Notes under the pieces: generated by a model
The model's input: the letters and a program-made list of their open reading frames with translations, nothing else
Told to the model about the DNA's origin: nothing
The model's database searches: none
Shown here: positions 38,484-48,587 of the stretch, in pieces
Layout of the letters: the number at the start of each line of letters is the position of its first letter
Numbering within the stretch: the first letter of the stretch is position 1
From: an uncultured Acidobacteriota bacterium
GTDB lineage: Bacteria; Acidobacteriota; Thermoanaerobaculia; UBA5066; DATFVB01
Assembly: GCA_963813155.1 (NCBI GenBank)
Contig: CAWEYG010000001.1
Span: forward strand, 64,001-128,000
Direction: 5' to 3'
Length of the DNA: 64,000 bases
Made by a program: the position numbers and the translations under genes

Positions 38484-38499
38484 AGGCATAAGCTTTGCT
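38484..38499 (+). promoter_or_regulatory. Putative sigma54 promoter
   Basis: AGGCAT-N5-TTGCT, 55 nt before the ATG at 38555. Confidence 0.6.
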
Positions 38500-38554
38500 C
38501 GGGACTGGCCGTAGGATTTCGTGATTGGATGATGAGAGTACGAAAGGACGCTGC

Positions 38555-39559
38555 ATGAAAAAGACGATTCTTGCCGGAGTCTGTGCCCTGGCCTCGCTTC
38601 CCCTGCTCGCAACGGAGCTCAATCCTTCCCCCAAGACCGTGCGCCCCGCCCAACTGATCGGCGTGCACCGCACGGACGCCGGGCGAGTCCGGCACGCGCT
38701 GGACCCCTCGCAGAACGAGGGAGTCAACGTCGACGTCATCGGCCGCCTGGCGGGCGGCGGAGGCATCCTGTTCAAGACTTCGCTCGACGTCTCGAACAAC
38801 ACGACCGATGCGACGCGAGTGGACTTTTTTGCCGAGCTGAAAGATTCGGCGAACGGAAATTTCTTCGAGGTCACGGGAAGCATCGCGAATTCCGGAGTCA
38901 CCTCTCCGGGCGGCGGCCAGCTCCTGGACCTCTCGGTTGCGCATTTCGACGACTTCATCGACGCGCTTCGGGTATCCGGCGGGGTGAGCGCGCAGGAGGA
39001 GGCGGACGGCCTGCTCGGGTCGCTCGTCCTGGAGTTTTTCGGGTTCTCTCCGGCTCTGGGCAAGGCCTCGGCGGAGGCTCGCTTCTACAGCACGGTCCCC
39101 GCGGGCAATGGATCCTTCTCGGGAGGAACGATCGGCGTCTCGGCGAACGGCCACGAGTTCACCGACTCGGAGCCCACTAGCCTCGTCGGCATCGTCCGCA
39201 ACTCGCTTGGAGAGGCGAACACGCCGCAGATCTACACGAACTTCTTCATCTGCAACGAGGGGTTCGTCGATCCTGTCAACGGCCTCACGGGAAACACGGT
39301 CACGCTCCGACTGACGGGATATTCGAACAAGGACGGCAGCGTCACGGGAACGCTCACGCTTCCCCCGGTCGCGTGGGGCCAGACGACGGTCGTCTCCGAC
39401 GTCTTCACGGCGCTCGGCGGGAATCACGCGAAGGACGACACGCTGCTCGTCTTCGTCGACATCACGAGCGGAAACTCGGCAATCTCCGGTCTCGCTTCGA
39501 AGAACGATAACCTGACGAAGGACCCCTCGGCCGCGCAACTGCGCCCCGCGAATTTCTAG
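38555..39559 (+). CDS. Secreted hypothetical protein (paralog of 13569-14433)
   Basis: Signal peptide MKKTILAGVCALASLPLLA; rich in Gly/Thr/Ser/Asn. Confidence 0.85.
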   Translation: MKKTILAGVCALASLPLLATELNPSPKTVRPAQLIGVHRTDAGRVRHALDPSQNEGVNVDVIGRLAGGGGILFKTSLDVSNNTTDATRVDFFAELKDSANGNFFEVTGSIANSGVTSPGGGQLLDLSVAHFDDFIDALRVSGGVSAQEEADGLLGSLVLEFFGFSPALGKASAEARFYSTVPAGNGSFSGGTIGVSANGHEFTDSEPTSLVGIVRNSLGEANTPQIYTNFFICNEGFVDPVNGLTGNTVTLRLTGYSNKDGSVTGTLTLPPVAWGQTTVVSDVFTALGGNHAKDDTLLVFVDITSGNSAISGLASKNDNLTKDPSAAQLRPANF

Positions 39560-39581
39560 AAGCTCGGCCTCCGAGATTCTC

Positions 39582-39610
39582 AGGGCCCGCGAGAGCGGGC
39601 CCTTTTTCTT
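39582..39610 (+). terminator. Rho-independent terminator
   Basis: AGGGCCCGC-gaga-GCGGGCCCT followed by a T tract. Confidence 0.85.
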
Positions 39611-39612
39611 CG

Positions 39613-41481
39613 CTAGCAGCAGCCGTCCGGCATTTGCGGCGTCCCGACCGCCCCGGAAGACGAGGCCGCTTCTTCCAGAGGCGGCGGCCCGGTCGCCGCG
39701 CCGGGATTCCGCAACAGGCGGCGCCAGACGCGCGCGGACGAGACGAGGATCGAGACGACGCAGACAATCAGCACGGCGGTCAGGGTCGAGTCGAGCCATC
39801 CCGTGAACGCCTTGCCGGGGATCGCCGCCATCGGGAGAAAATTGTCGCGAATCGACAGGATTCCGGCATCGATCGTCGTGAACGAAACGAAAGCGAGGGG
39901 AACGAGAGTCACGAGGGCAGCGCGAGTCCGGCCGCTCTTCAGGATCACGGTCGTTCCGATCGAGAGCGCGATTGCGGCGAGGAGCTGGTTCGCGATCCCG
40001 AACATCGGCCAGATCTGCGAGATCGATCCCGTCAGAATGAAGTAGGTCCAACCTCCCACGACGAGAAGGGTCGCGACGAGAGTCCCGGGAAGCCAGTCGG
40101 TCTTCTCGAATTTCGGAAACGCAAGTCCGAGGAATTCCTGGACCAGGAAGCGTCCCACGCGGGTCCCCGTGTCGATCGTCGTGAGGATGAACAGCGCCTC
40201 GAACATGATCGCGAAGTGGTACCAGTACGACATCAGGCCCTTCAGGAAGGGAAGCCCCGAAAAGATCCGGGCGAACCCGATCGCGAGCGAAACGGCCCCT
40301 CCCGCGCGCCCGGCGACGGATTCCCCGACCTGCCGGGAGAGCTCCGGCAGGTCGACCGGCGTCATCCCGAGCGTCGCGAATTTCGCGGGCGCCACGTTGA
40401 TCGCGAAATAGTCCGCCGGGTGCAGGGAGCACACGGCGACGAGCGCGACGACGCCGACGAGGCCTTCCATCAGCATCGCGCCGTAGCCGATCATCCGCGC
40501 GTCGGATTCGCGGTCGAGCATCTTCGGCGTCGTGCCGGAAGCGACGAGGGCGTGGAACCCCGAGATCGCTCCGCACGCGATCGTGATGAAGACGAACGGA
40601 AAGACCTTTCCGGGGATGATCGGCCCGCCTCCGTGAACGAAAGCCGAGATCGCGGGCGCCTGAATCTTCGGCGCGACGACGAACGCGCCGGCAACGAGGA
40701 CCGCGATCGTCCCGAGCTTCATGTAGCTCGACAGGTAATCGCGCGGACATAGCAGCATCCAGACGGGAAGGACCGACGCGATGAAACCGTACGCGGCCAT
40801 GCCGAAGGTGATCTGCGTGCGCGTCAGGGTGAACGCGGCTTCCATCGGCGAACCGGGGATGAAGCGGCCGAGCACGACGGCCGCGAGCGTGAGGACCACG
40901 CCGATCGCCGAGCCGGAGCGAAGCGCGCCTTTTCTCCAGCGGTACATGTAGAAGCCCACGAAGATCGCGATCGGAATCGTCGCGGCAATCGTGAAGGTCC
41001 CCCAGGGAGACTCCGCGAGCGCGTTGACGACCGCGACGCCGAGGCCTGCGAGCGCGATGACGATGATCGCGAGGATCGCGATCGCCGCCGTCACTCCGGC
41101 CGCTGGCCCGATTTCGCTCCGCGTGATCTCCGCCAGGGACTTTCCCTTCCGGCGAACCGACGCGACGAGAATCACGAAGTCCTGGGTGGCGCCGGCGAAA
41201 ACGACGCCGAACAGGAGCCACAGAAACCCGGGAAGGTAGCCGAACTGCGCCGCGAGGACGGGGCCGATCAAGGGGCCCGCGCCGGCGATTGCGGCGAAAT
41301 GGTGGCCGAAGAGCACGTACTTGTTCGTCGCGACGTAGTTCTTGCCGTCCGCCATCGCGTGCGCCGGGGTCGGCCGCGCGTCCGAAAGTGCGAGAACGCG
41401 CGCCGCCAGGAACGCCGAGTAGTAGCGATACGCGATCGCGAGGACGGCGAGCGCCGCGAGCATCAGCCAGAGCGCGTTCAT
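39613..41481 (-). CDS. cstA: Carbon starvation protein A family transporter
   Basis: [32 protein letters not shown] and [12 protein letters not shown]. Confidence 0.95.
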   Translation of the reverse strand: MNALWLMLAALAVLAIAYRYYSAFLAARVLALSDARPTPAHAMADGKNYVATNKYVLFGHHFAAIAGAGPLIGPVLAAQFGYLPGFLWLLFGVVFAGATQDFVILVASVRRKGKSLAEITRSEIGPAAGVTAAIAILAIIVIALAGLGVAVVNALAESPWGTFTIAATIPIAIFVGFYMYRWRKGALRSGSAIGVVLTLAAVVLGRFIPGSPMEAAFTLTRTQITFGMAAYGFIASVLPVWMLLCPRDYLSSYMKLGTIAVLVAGAFVVAPKIQAPAISAFVHGGGPIIPGKVFPFVFITIACGAISGFHALVASGTTPKMLDRESDARMIGYGAMLMEGLVGVVALVAVCSLHPADYFAINVAPAKFATLGMTPVDLPELSRQVGESVAGRAGGAVSLAIGFARIFSGLPFLKGLMSYWYHFAIMFEALFILTTIDTGTRVGRFLVQEFLGLAFPKFEKTDWLPGTLVATLLVVGGWTYFILTGSISQIWPMFGIANQLLAAIALSIGTTVILKSGRTRAALVTLVPLAFVSFTTIDAGILSIRDNFLPMAAIPGKAFTGWLDSTLTAVLIVCVVSILVSSARVWRRLLRNPGAATGPPPLEEAASSSGAVGTPQMPDGCC

Positions 41482-41522
41482 GGCGCGGCATTATGGCGCA
41501 GAAGGAGCGCTAAGATTCCCTC

Positions 41523-41897
41523 ATGGTTCAGCCTCGCGAATTCCGGTATTCCGACATCCCCTCTGACCCGCGCGAACTTGCGAAGGACTGCGAGATCTCG
41601 TTCTTTCGCGCGTCCGGGCCGGGCGGGCAGCATCGAAACAAGACGGAAACGGCTGTCCGGGTCGTGCACCTGCCCACCGGCGTCATCGCGGCCGCGGTCG
41701 AGGAACGCAGCCAGTCTCGCAACCGCGAGCGGGCATTCGAGCGCCTTCGGGAGAAGCTCATCCGAAAATTGAAGCCGCGAAAGCCGCGCCGGGAAACGAA
41801 AGTCCCGCGGTCGGCGAAGGAAAAACGGCTCGAAGCGAAGATCCGGCGGAGCCGGACGAAAGAATTGAGGTCTATTCCCCGAGCTTCTCTCGATTGA
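41523..41897 (+). CDS. arfB: Ribosome rescue peptidyl-tRNA hydrolase, ArfB-like
   Basis: ASGPGGQHRNK, ERSQ..NR and basic C-terminal tail. Confidence 0.8.
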   Translation: MVQPREFRYSDIPSDPRELAKDCEISFFRASGPGGQHRNKTETAVRVVHLPTGVIAAAVEERSQSRNRERAFERLREKLIRKLKPRKPRRETKVPRSAKEKRLEAKIRRSRTKELRSIPRASLD

Positions 41898-43233
41898 GCC
41901 CGTAGTGCTCGAGCTTCTTGTAGAGGTTCGACCGCGGCGTTTGAATCGTCTCGGCCGTCCGGGAAACGTTCCAGTTGTTCTCGCGGAGTTTTGCGAGAAG
42001 AAATTCGCGCTCCGTGTATTCCTTGAAGTCCGCGAGCGTCGACATGCGCGACGCCTGCCCGGCGAGCTCCCTCGGCGAAAACTGGGATTCGGAAGGAATT
42101 TCCGCGGCCGTGACGGGATCGGCCTCCGTCATGATCAGAACGCGCTCCACGAGATTCCGGAGCTCGCGCACATTTCCCGGCCAGGATCGCCCGGCCAGGG
42201 CGTCGAGCGCGCTCTTGTGGAACGTACGCCGGCGAACGCCGTTGCGCTCCGCGTACACGGCGGCGAAATGCTCGACGAGCGGCACCGCGTCCTCCGGCCG
42301 TTCGCGCAGGGGGGCGATGTGCAGCGGCACGACGTTCAGGCGAAAATAGAGATCTTCCCGAAACGATCCCTTTCGGATCTCGTCAACGAGGTTCTTGTTC
42401 GTGGCCGCGATCACGCGGACCTTCACTTTCTGAGTCTTCGATTGGCCGACGGGCTCGACCTCGCCCTCCTGCAGCACCCTCAGGACTTTCGCCTGGGCGC
42501 GAGCCGACATGTCGCCGACCTCGTCCAGAAAGATCGTCCCTCCGTCGGCCTCGACGAACTTCCCGATCTGCTTGCGGACCGCTCCCGTGAACGACCCCTT
42601 CTCGTGGCCGAACAACTCGGATTCGATGAGCTCCTCGGGAATCGCCGCGCAGTTCACCGTCACGAACGGCCCCTGGGACAGCCGCGAGAGCCGCTGGACC
42701 TGGCGCGCGAGGAGCTCCTTGCCGGTTCCCGACTCCCCCGTGACGAGAACGGTCGCGTCGGACGGGGCCGCCCGCGCGACCTGCTCGTTGAGCCTGCGCA
42801 CGGAGTCGCTCGCCCCGACGAAAGAATCTTCGATCTCGACTCGGCGCTTGAGCCGGACGTTCTCGCGGGCCAGATGGTCGCGCGACACCGCGTTCCGAAG
42901 AGAGACGAGCAGGCGCTCGCGCTGAAGGGGCTTCTCGAGGAAATCCACCGCGCCTCGCTTCGTGCACTCGACAGCCGTCGCGATATCTCCGTGCCCGGAG
43001 ATCATCAGAACCGGTGGAGGATTCTCGAGCCGCTGGATCTCGTCGAGGGCCTCCATCCCGTCCTTTCCGGGCATCTTGATGTCGAGCAGCACCGCGTCGG
43101 GCCGCCGGGCGTCGATTTCCGAAAGCCCGGAGACGGCGTCCGGAGCGGACGCCGTCTCGTAGCCGTCGTATTCCAGGATCATCTTGATCGCCTGACGCAC
43201 CGACGCGTCGTCGTCGACGATGAGAACCCGCAT
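41872..43233 (-). CDS. NtrX-like sigma54 response regulator
   Basis: LDIKMP, ISGHG, GESGTGKE, GHEKGSFTGA and HTH. Confidence 0.92.
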   Translation of the reverse strand: MRVLIVDDDASVRQAIKMILEYDGYETASAPDAVSGLSEIDARRPDAVLLDIKMPGKDGMEALDEIQRLENPPPVLMISGHGDIATAVECTKRGAVDFLEKPLQRERLLVSLRNAVSRDHLARENVRLKRRVEIEDSFVGASDSVRRLNEQVARAAPSDATVLVTGESGTGKELLARQVQRLSRLSQGPFVTVNCAAIPEELIESELFGHEKGSFTGAVRKQIGKFVEADGGTIFLDEVGDMSARAQAKVLRVLQEGEVEPVGQSKTQKVKVRVIAATNKNLVDEIRKGSFREDLYFRLNVVPLHIAPLRERPEDAVPLVEHFAAVYAERNGVRRRTFHKSALDALAGRSWPGNVRELRNLVERVLIMTEADPVTAAEIPSESQFSPRELAGQASRMSTLADFKEYTEREFLLAKLRENNWNVSRTAETIQTPRSNLYKKLEHYGLNREKLGE

Positions 43234-43253
43234 CGGCCGGCTGATCCCGGGCC

Positions 43254-44801
43254 CTACTCGCCGACTTTGACGATCGCGAAGAACGAGAACGGACGCTGGC
43301 CGAAGCGCCGCACGTAAAAACGCAGGTAATCGCCCTTCTTCGCGTCGCGGACGACCCGCGAGAGCTCTTCGGCGGAAGCGACCTTGTGGCCGTTGACTTC
43401 GGTGATCACGTCGCCTTCCGCCAGCCCGGCATCGTTCGCCGCCGACACTTCGGAGACTCCCGTGACGAGGACGCCCGCGACGCTCGGCTCGATCCGGTAG
43501 TACTGGCGCCCCTGCGGCGTCAGGTCCTGGACGGAGAGGCCGATTTTTTCCTTCGCGCCGCCCTCGTTCTCGGGAGCAGCCGTGTCGTTGGATGCCTGGT
43601 CGCCCCGGCGCTCCCCGAGCTCGACGGTGAGGTCCTGCATCCTCCCTCCGCGGTTGACGGCGAGGCGCACCCGGGCGCCCGGAGGCCTGCCCGACACGTA
43701 CGAGATGAGGTCCTGCGTCGTGACGACCTCGCGGTCGTCGACCTTCAGGATGACGTCGCCGTGCTGAACGCCCGCCTTGTCGGCCGGCTGGCCCGGCTCG
43801 ACCGACTCCACGAGAGCGCCGTTCATGTCCTTGAGGCCGAACGCTTTCATGTTGTCTTCGTCGAGGTTGCGGATGTTCACTCCCAGGAAGCCGCGCGTGA
43901 CCTTGCCCTTCGTCTTGAGCTGGTCGAGGATCGACCGGGCCGTGTTGATCGGCACCGCGAACCCGATGTTCTGGGCCGGACGGTAAATCGCGGTGTTGAT
44001 GCCGATGACTTCGCCCTCGAGATCGATGAGCGGCCCGCCCGAGTTGCCGAAGTTGATCGCGGCGTCGGTCTGGATGAAATTTTCGAACGAGTTCGTGTTC
44101 GGATCCAGCGTCAGGTTGTGCCGGCCTTTGGCCGAGACGACGCCGACGGTCACCGTCTTGTCGAATGCCCAGGGATCGCCGATCGCCATCACCCAGTCGC
44201 CGACGCGAATCTTGTCGGAATCCCCGAGCGAAATCGGCGTGAGGCGCTCCTTCGCGTCGATCTTGATGAGCGCGATGTCGGTCGCGGGATCGGTGCCCAC
44301 GACCTTCGCCCGATAGGTGTGCTGGTCGCCGACTTTGACCTCGATTTTCTGACCGCTCTCGACGACGTGGTTGTTCGTCAGGATGTACCCGTCCTGCGAA
44401 ATGATGAAGCCGGACCCTCCGGCCTCTTCCTTGTGCTCCTGTTGCTGGTCCTGGCCCTGCCCCGGACCGCCCTGGCCCGGATGCGGAAATCCGAAGAAGA
44501 ATTCGAACGGATCCTGTCCGTCTCCTCCTCCAAACGGGTTCTGGCCCCCGGAACGGCGGCGAGGCCCCTTCACGATGTCGGTCGAAGTGATCGAAACGAC
44601 CGACGGCAGGGCTTCGGCGGCCACGTCGGAAAAAGATGGCAGGTTCCCGGCCGAGGTCGCCCGTGTCGGCGCGCTGTGCGGCGACTTCTGAGCCAGCGTC
44701 TCCGGGGTCCAGTTCGTCGAACTGGCCAGCACGACTCCGAAAATGATCGCCCCCGCGATGAGGGCAAAAAAGGAGAGTTGTCTTTTCGCACTCGCGTTCA
44801 T
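43254..44801 (-). CDS. HtrA/DegP-family serine protease with two PDZ domains
   Basis: TNNHV, DIAL and QTDAAINFGNSGGPL. Confidence 0.95.
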   Translation of the reverse strand: MNASAKRQLSFFALIAGAIIFGVVLASSTNWTPETLAQKSPHSAPTRATSAGNLPSFSDVAAEALPSVVSITSTDIVKGPRRRSGGQNPFGGGDGQDPFEFFFGFPHPGQGGPGQGQDQQQEHKEEAGGSGFIISQDGYILTNNHVVESGQKIEVKVGDQHTYRAKVVGTDPATDIALIKIDAKERLTPISLGDSDKIRVGDWVMAIGDPWAFDKTVTVGVVSAKGRHNLTLDPNTNSFENFIQTDAAINFGNSGGPLIDLEGEVIGINTAIYRPAQNIGFAVPINTARSILDQLKTKGKVTRGFLGVNIRNLDEDNMKAFGLKDMNGALVESVEPGQPADKAGVQHGDVILKVDDREVVTTQDLISYVSGRPPGARVRLAVNRGGRMQDLTVELGERRGDQASNDTAAPENEGGAKEKIGLSVQDLTPQGRQYYRIEPSVAGVLVTGVSEVSAANDAGLAEGDVITEVNGHKVASAEELSRVVRDAKKGDYLRFYVRRFGQRPFSFFAIVKVGE

Positions 44802-44873
44802 CAAGTTTTTCCCCCTACCTTTCAACGGCGCTCAATTCTAGCCCAGCGACTCCGCCGGCTCGCGCTCTGGAGT

Positions 44874-44889
44874 AGCAACGCCGATGCCA
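44874..44889 (-). promoter_or_regulatory. Putative sigma54 promoter of htrA
   Basis: Minus strand TGGCAT-N5-TTGCT. Confidence 0.65.
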
Positions 44890-44947
44890 TCCTAAATCAT
44901 TCCAGGAAATGGAAGTTGTCGAGCGGGCACGTCAAATCGGCGTACTT

Positions 44948-45358
44948 TCAGCGGATTTGACGGACTCGATCTTTCATGATGCACCGGTCCATGGCGACGC
45001 CGACGCCGGCGGCCTCCAGCCGGCGAGCCGCCTCCGGATCGACGACGCCTTCCTGCATCCAGAAGAATCGAGCCTTCCGCTCGATCGCCGGCTCGACGAG
45101 AGCGGCGACCGCCGCGGAATTGCGAAAGACGTCCACGATGTCGATGCCGACGCCGGCTGGAATCTCCAGCAGGGACCCGTAGCAGCGGCGGCCGAGGACC
45201 TCCGGATGATTCGGGTTGACGGGGATCACGTCGTAACCGCTTTCGATCAGGAACTGCATGATCGAGTGGGAAGCTCGAAACGGGTTCGTCGACGCGCCCA
45301 CGACGGCGATCGTGCGGGCGCTCGCGAGGATCTCGTGAATCTTGCCCGGCTCGTTCAC
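44948..45358 (-). CDS. CoA-binding protein (YccU-like)
   Basis: TIAVVGAS, PVNP, DIVDVFR, WMQEG and DRC. Confidence 0.9.
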   Translation of the reverse strand: MNEPGKIHEILASARTIAVVGASTNPFRASHSIMQFLIESGYDVIPVNPNHPEVLGRRCYGSLLEIPAGVGIDIVDVFRNSAAVAALVEPAIERKARFFWMQEGVVDPEAARRLEAAGVGVAMDRCIMKDRVRQIR

Positions 45359-46441
45359 TTGAATTTCCCTTCTTCCCCCGGCCGGATGTTGTAGAAGAAC
45401 GTGATCGTCACTCCCTCGCGATCCTCGTGCAGGTCCTTCGGCAACGGGCGAAACGGGCTCGAGGTCGCGATCGCCTGGAACGCGGCGTGGTCGTACGGCG
45501 GGATCGTCGAATCGCGCAGGATCTTCTCCGCCTCGACGCTGCCGTCCGCCCGAATGTAGAAGCGGATCGACAGCTTCCCCTTGACCCCCATTCTCGCCAG
45601 GTCCGGCACTTCCCAGTGCAGCTTGATCCGGCGAATCATCTCCTCCGCGTAGTCGCCCCAGTCGTACCATTGGGTGTCGAAGGAAATCGGCCCCGAGTCG
45701 ACGAAGCCGCCCGACTCGTTCGGGTTCGGCGACCCGCCCTCTCCGGAGAACGGATTGCCCGCCGCGGCCTTGATCGCCCGGTTCAGGTTCGGCAGCCGCT
45801 GCGCAGCGCCCGGCGTGACCGAGACCCCGGACGGTGCCGTTCCCGCCGGTGACGGCGTCGTCGAAGACGAGGCCGCCGCGGACTGGGGCGAGGCCTGCGC
45901 CGGCGTCGGAGCCGAAGTCGCGGCCGAAGCGCGGCTGCCTTCCTTCCCGCGGGGTCCCGGGCGAAGGCCCTCGATGCCCGATTTCTGCGCGACGAACGGC
46001 GTCTCGGAGGGAGGCTTCGATTTGTCGCCCCCCCCGGCGCGGCGGGTCTTGTCCGAGGGCGCCGCGTTCCGGTTCGCGTTCTGGCGCGAGGGGCCGGGCG
46101 ACTCGGCGAAGAACTTCACCGGAACGCGAAATTCCGCCTCGCGGGCTTCCCGGGCGGCGCGCATTTCCGCCGTCTCCCTGGGCGGCAGCGCGCCCATCGG
46201 GTGGAGGACCATGAAAATGACGAGAAGAAGGTGCAGGATGATCGAGATCAGGATCGCCCGCTCGACCGGGAATCGACGCTGGGGGTGCTCGATCCGTCTC
46301 GACGATTTCGTCGATCCGGGGCGCGGGAACGTCCTCGGGCCCCGGACGGCGCGAAACGCCCGGCCTCGCCGCGGCCGCCCGCAGCCCGGGCAGGAGCCGG
46401 CCCACCTCGGCCTGTTCTTCTTCCTCTTCGACGCCGAACAC
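45355..46441 (-). CDS. TonB/TolA-family membrane protein (frameshift near 46295)
   Basis: TM anchor AILISIILHLLLVIF with SxxxH, Pro/Ala/Ser linker and TonB-C-like domain. Removing one G joins the N-terminus (ET-IEHP). Confidence 0.75.
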
Positions 46442-46543
46442 TTCTTCTTCTAACTCCAGCAGATCCTATTTTGTTTCCGGATGCCCCCGACTCGCGCCTT
46501 GCAAGCCCCGCAACACTTCTGATATAAATGCCCAGCGCTTTGG

Positions 46544-46570
46544 AAAAGCGGGCTTTTCGCCCGCTTTTTT
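46544..46570 (+). promoter_or_regulatory. rimP-leader terminator-like hairpin
   Basis: AAAAGCGGGC-ttttc-GCCCGCTTTTTT, downstream of TTGCAA-N18-TATAAA. Confidence 0.65.
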
Positions 46571-46593
46571 GTTCGGCGCTTTCGGAGGCGGAG

Positions 46594-47091
46594 ACGAACG
46601 GTCTCAGCGAAAAAATTCGGGAAGAGATCCGGAAAATCGCCGCAGAGAGCGGGTGTGAGCTCGTCGCGATCGAATCGACCGGAACCGGCCGGTTCCAATC
46701 GCTGCGCCTGGTCCTGGACAAGCCCGAGGGCGGCGTGACCCTCGAGGACTGCGAACGGGTTTCGCGGGATGTTTCTCCCCTGCTCGACGCGGAATCGGGA
46801 ATCCCGCACGCATACACCCTCGAGGTGAGCTCCCCCGGCCTGGACCGCAAGCTCTATTCGATCGAAGACGCGAAGAAATTCGTCGGCCGGAGGGTCCGGG
46901 TGAAAACGGCGCTTCCCGTCGAAGGCTCCCGGAATTTCCGGGGAAAACTGGACTCCGTGGAGGGGGACGGACGGCTTCGGATCGTGGACGAAGAGAGCGG
47001 AAGAATCTATAATTTCAGTTTTCGTGAGGTTCAGGTCGCCCGCCTCGAGGTGGATTGGCCGGACTCGGGCGAGAGGCGAAAGAAGAAATGA
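46594..47091 (+). CDS. rimP: Ribosome maturation factor RimP (start uncertain; frame open from 46528)
   Basis: GVTLEDCERVSR and YTLEVSSPGLDR. Confidence 0.92.
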   Translation, partial: TNGLSEKIREEIRKIAAESGCELVAIESTGTGRFQSLRLVLDKPEGGVTLEDCERVSRDVSPLLDAESGIPHAYTLEVSSPGLDRKLYSIEDAKKFVGRRVRVKTALPVEGSRNFRGKLDSVEGDGRLRIVDEESGRIYNFSFREVQVARLEVDWPDSGERRKKK

Positions 47092-48587
47092 CAATGATCA
47101 ACGATCTGGGTTCGGTGATCCGACAGGTATCCCGCGAGAAGGACATCGACGCGGAGAAGATGTTTTCCGCGCTGGAAGAAGCGATGGCCGCGGCAGCGCG
47201 ACGTTTCTACAAGGTCAAGGAGATCGTCGCCCGGATCGACCGCGAAACGGGCGAAATCACCGCCTACACGCCTCGGCGGGTCGTCGACACGATGCCGGAG
47301 CCGCTTCCCGAACCGGTCGAGCCGGCGGAGCCTCTCCCCGAGGGAGTCGAACCGCCGCCGGACCCGGCGACGCTCGTCCTGCTCGACGACGCGAAATCCA
47401 TCGTGCGCGAGGCCGGCGCCGGCGGCACGGTGCGAGTCCTTCGCCCGGGTCAGGATGGCGGCGAAGCGTACGAGGTCGAGGAGCCGGAGCTCGGAGACGA
47501 GCTGCGGATCTACCGCTCGACGGAAGGTCTCGGCCGAATCGCGGCGCAGAACGCGAAGCAGGTCCTTTACCAGAAGGTCCGCGAGGCCGAGCGCGAGCGC
47601 ATCTACAACGAGTACATGCCGAAAGTCGGCGAGCTCATCAACGGCACCGTCAAGCGGTTCGAGCGCGGCGACATCGTCGTCGACCTCGGCCGGCTCGAAG
47701 CCGCGATCCCGCGCGACCAGCAGTCCCGCGCGGAGCGATACGGCCAGGGAGAGCGCGTCCGCGCCGTCATCGCCGACGTGCACAAGAACCCGAAGGGCCC
47801 GCAGATCGTCCTGTCGCGGACCGACCCCCGCCTGCTCATCCGGCTCTTCGAGATGGAAGTTCCGGAAATCTACGACGGTACGGTCGTCATCAAGGGCGCC
47901 GTCCGGCAGCCGGGAGAGCGCGCGAAAGTGGCCGTGCTCTCGCGGGAGCGCGACGTCGACCCGGTCGGCGCGTGCGTCGGAATGCGCGGCAGCCGCGTTC
48001 AGGCGATCATGCGCGAGCTCCACGGGGAGAAAATCGACGTCATCCAGTACAGCGACGACCTCATCACGTTCGCGCAGAACGCCCTGTCTCCGGCGAAGAT
48101 CACGCGGGTTTCCCCGATTCACCACGAGGACGCCCCCCTGACGCTGGATTGCGTGGTCGAGGACGAGCAGCTCTCGCTCGCGATCGGCAAGAAGGGTCAG
48201 AACGTCCGCCTTGCTTCCGCCCTCATCGGCGCGAAGATCGAAATCAAGAGCGAGGCCGAGGTCAAGGGCGAAGTCGCGGAAGCCCTCGGCCGAATGATTC
48301 GGGCGTCGCAGCGGCAGCAGACCCCGGTCGCCGACGTCCCGGGAATCGACGAAGAAACCGCCGCGAGTCTCCGGGAAGCGGGGATCGAGAACCTCGACCA
48401 GCTGCTTTCGCAATCGACCGAGTCGCTCGCTCCCGTCGGCGACATGGGCGCGGAGAGGGCGCAGGAAATTTTGAACGCGGCTCAGGAGCTCGACAACCCG
48501 ACTCCGGAGGAGGAGCCGGCGGACGAAGAGCAGGGCTCCGCCGAAGGCGAGCCCTTCGAAGAGCCCGCCGGCAAAGAAAAGGCGTAA
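47088..48587 (+). CDS. nusA: Transcription termination factor NusA
   Basis: GRIAAQNAKQ, EVPEI, DPVGACVG.RGSR and AIGKKGQNVRLA. Confidence 0.96.
   Translation: MTMINDLGSVIRQVSREKDIDAEKMFSALEEAMAAAARRFYKVKEIVARIDRETGEITAYTPRRVVDTMPEPLPEPVEPAEPLPEGVEPPPDPATLVLLDDAKSIVREAGAGGTVRVLRPGQDGGEAYEVEEPELGDELRIYRSTEGLGRIAAQNAKQVLYQKVREAERERIYNEYMPKVGELINGTVKRFERGDIVVDLGRLEAAIPRDQQSRAERYGQGERVRAVIADVHKNPKGPQIVLSRTDPRLLIRLFEMEVPEIYDGTVVIKGAVRQPGERAKVAVLSRERDVDPVGACVGMRGSRVQAIMRELHGEKIDVIQYSDDLITFAQNALSPAKITRVSPIHHEDAPLTLDCVVEDEQLSLAIGKKGQNVRLASALIGAKIEIKSEAEVKGEVAEALGRMIRASQRQQTPVADVPGIDEETAASLREAGIENLDQLLSQSTESLAPVGDMGAERAQEILNAAQELDNPTPEEEPADEEQGSAEGEPFEEPAGKEKA

Noticed and set aside
41872-41897. Convergent 3' overlaps (arfB/ntrX-like; also 10142-10172)
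   Set aside because: Short tail-to-tail overlaps are ordinary in compact GC-rich genomes.
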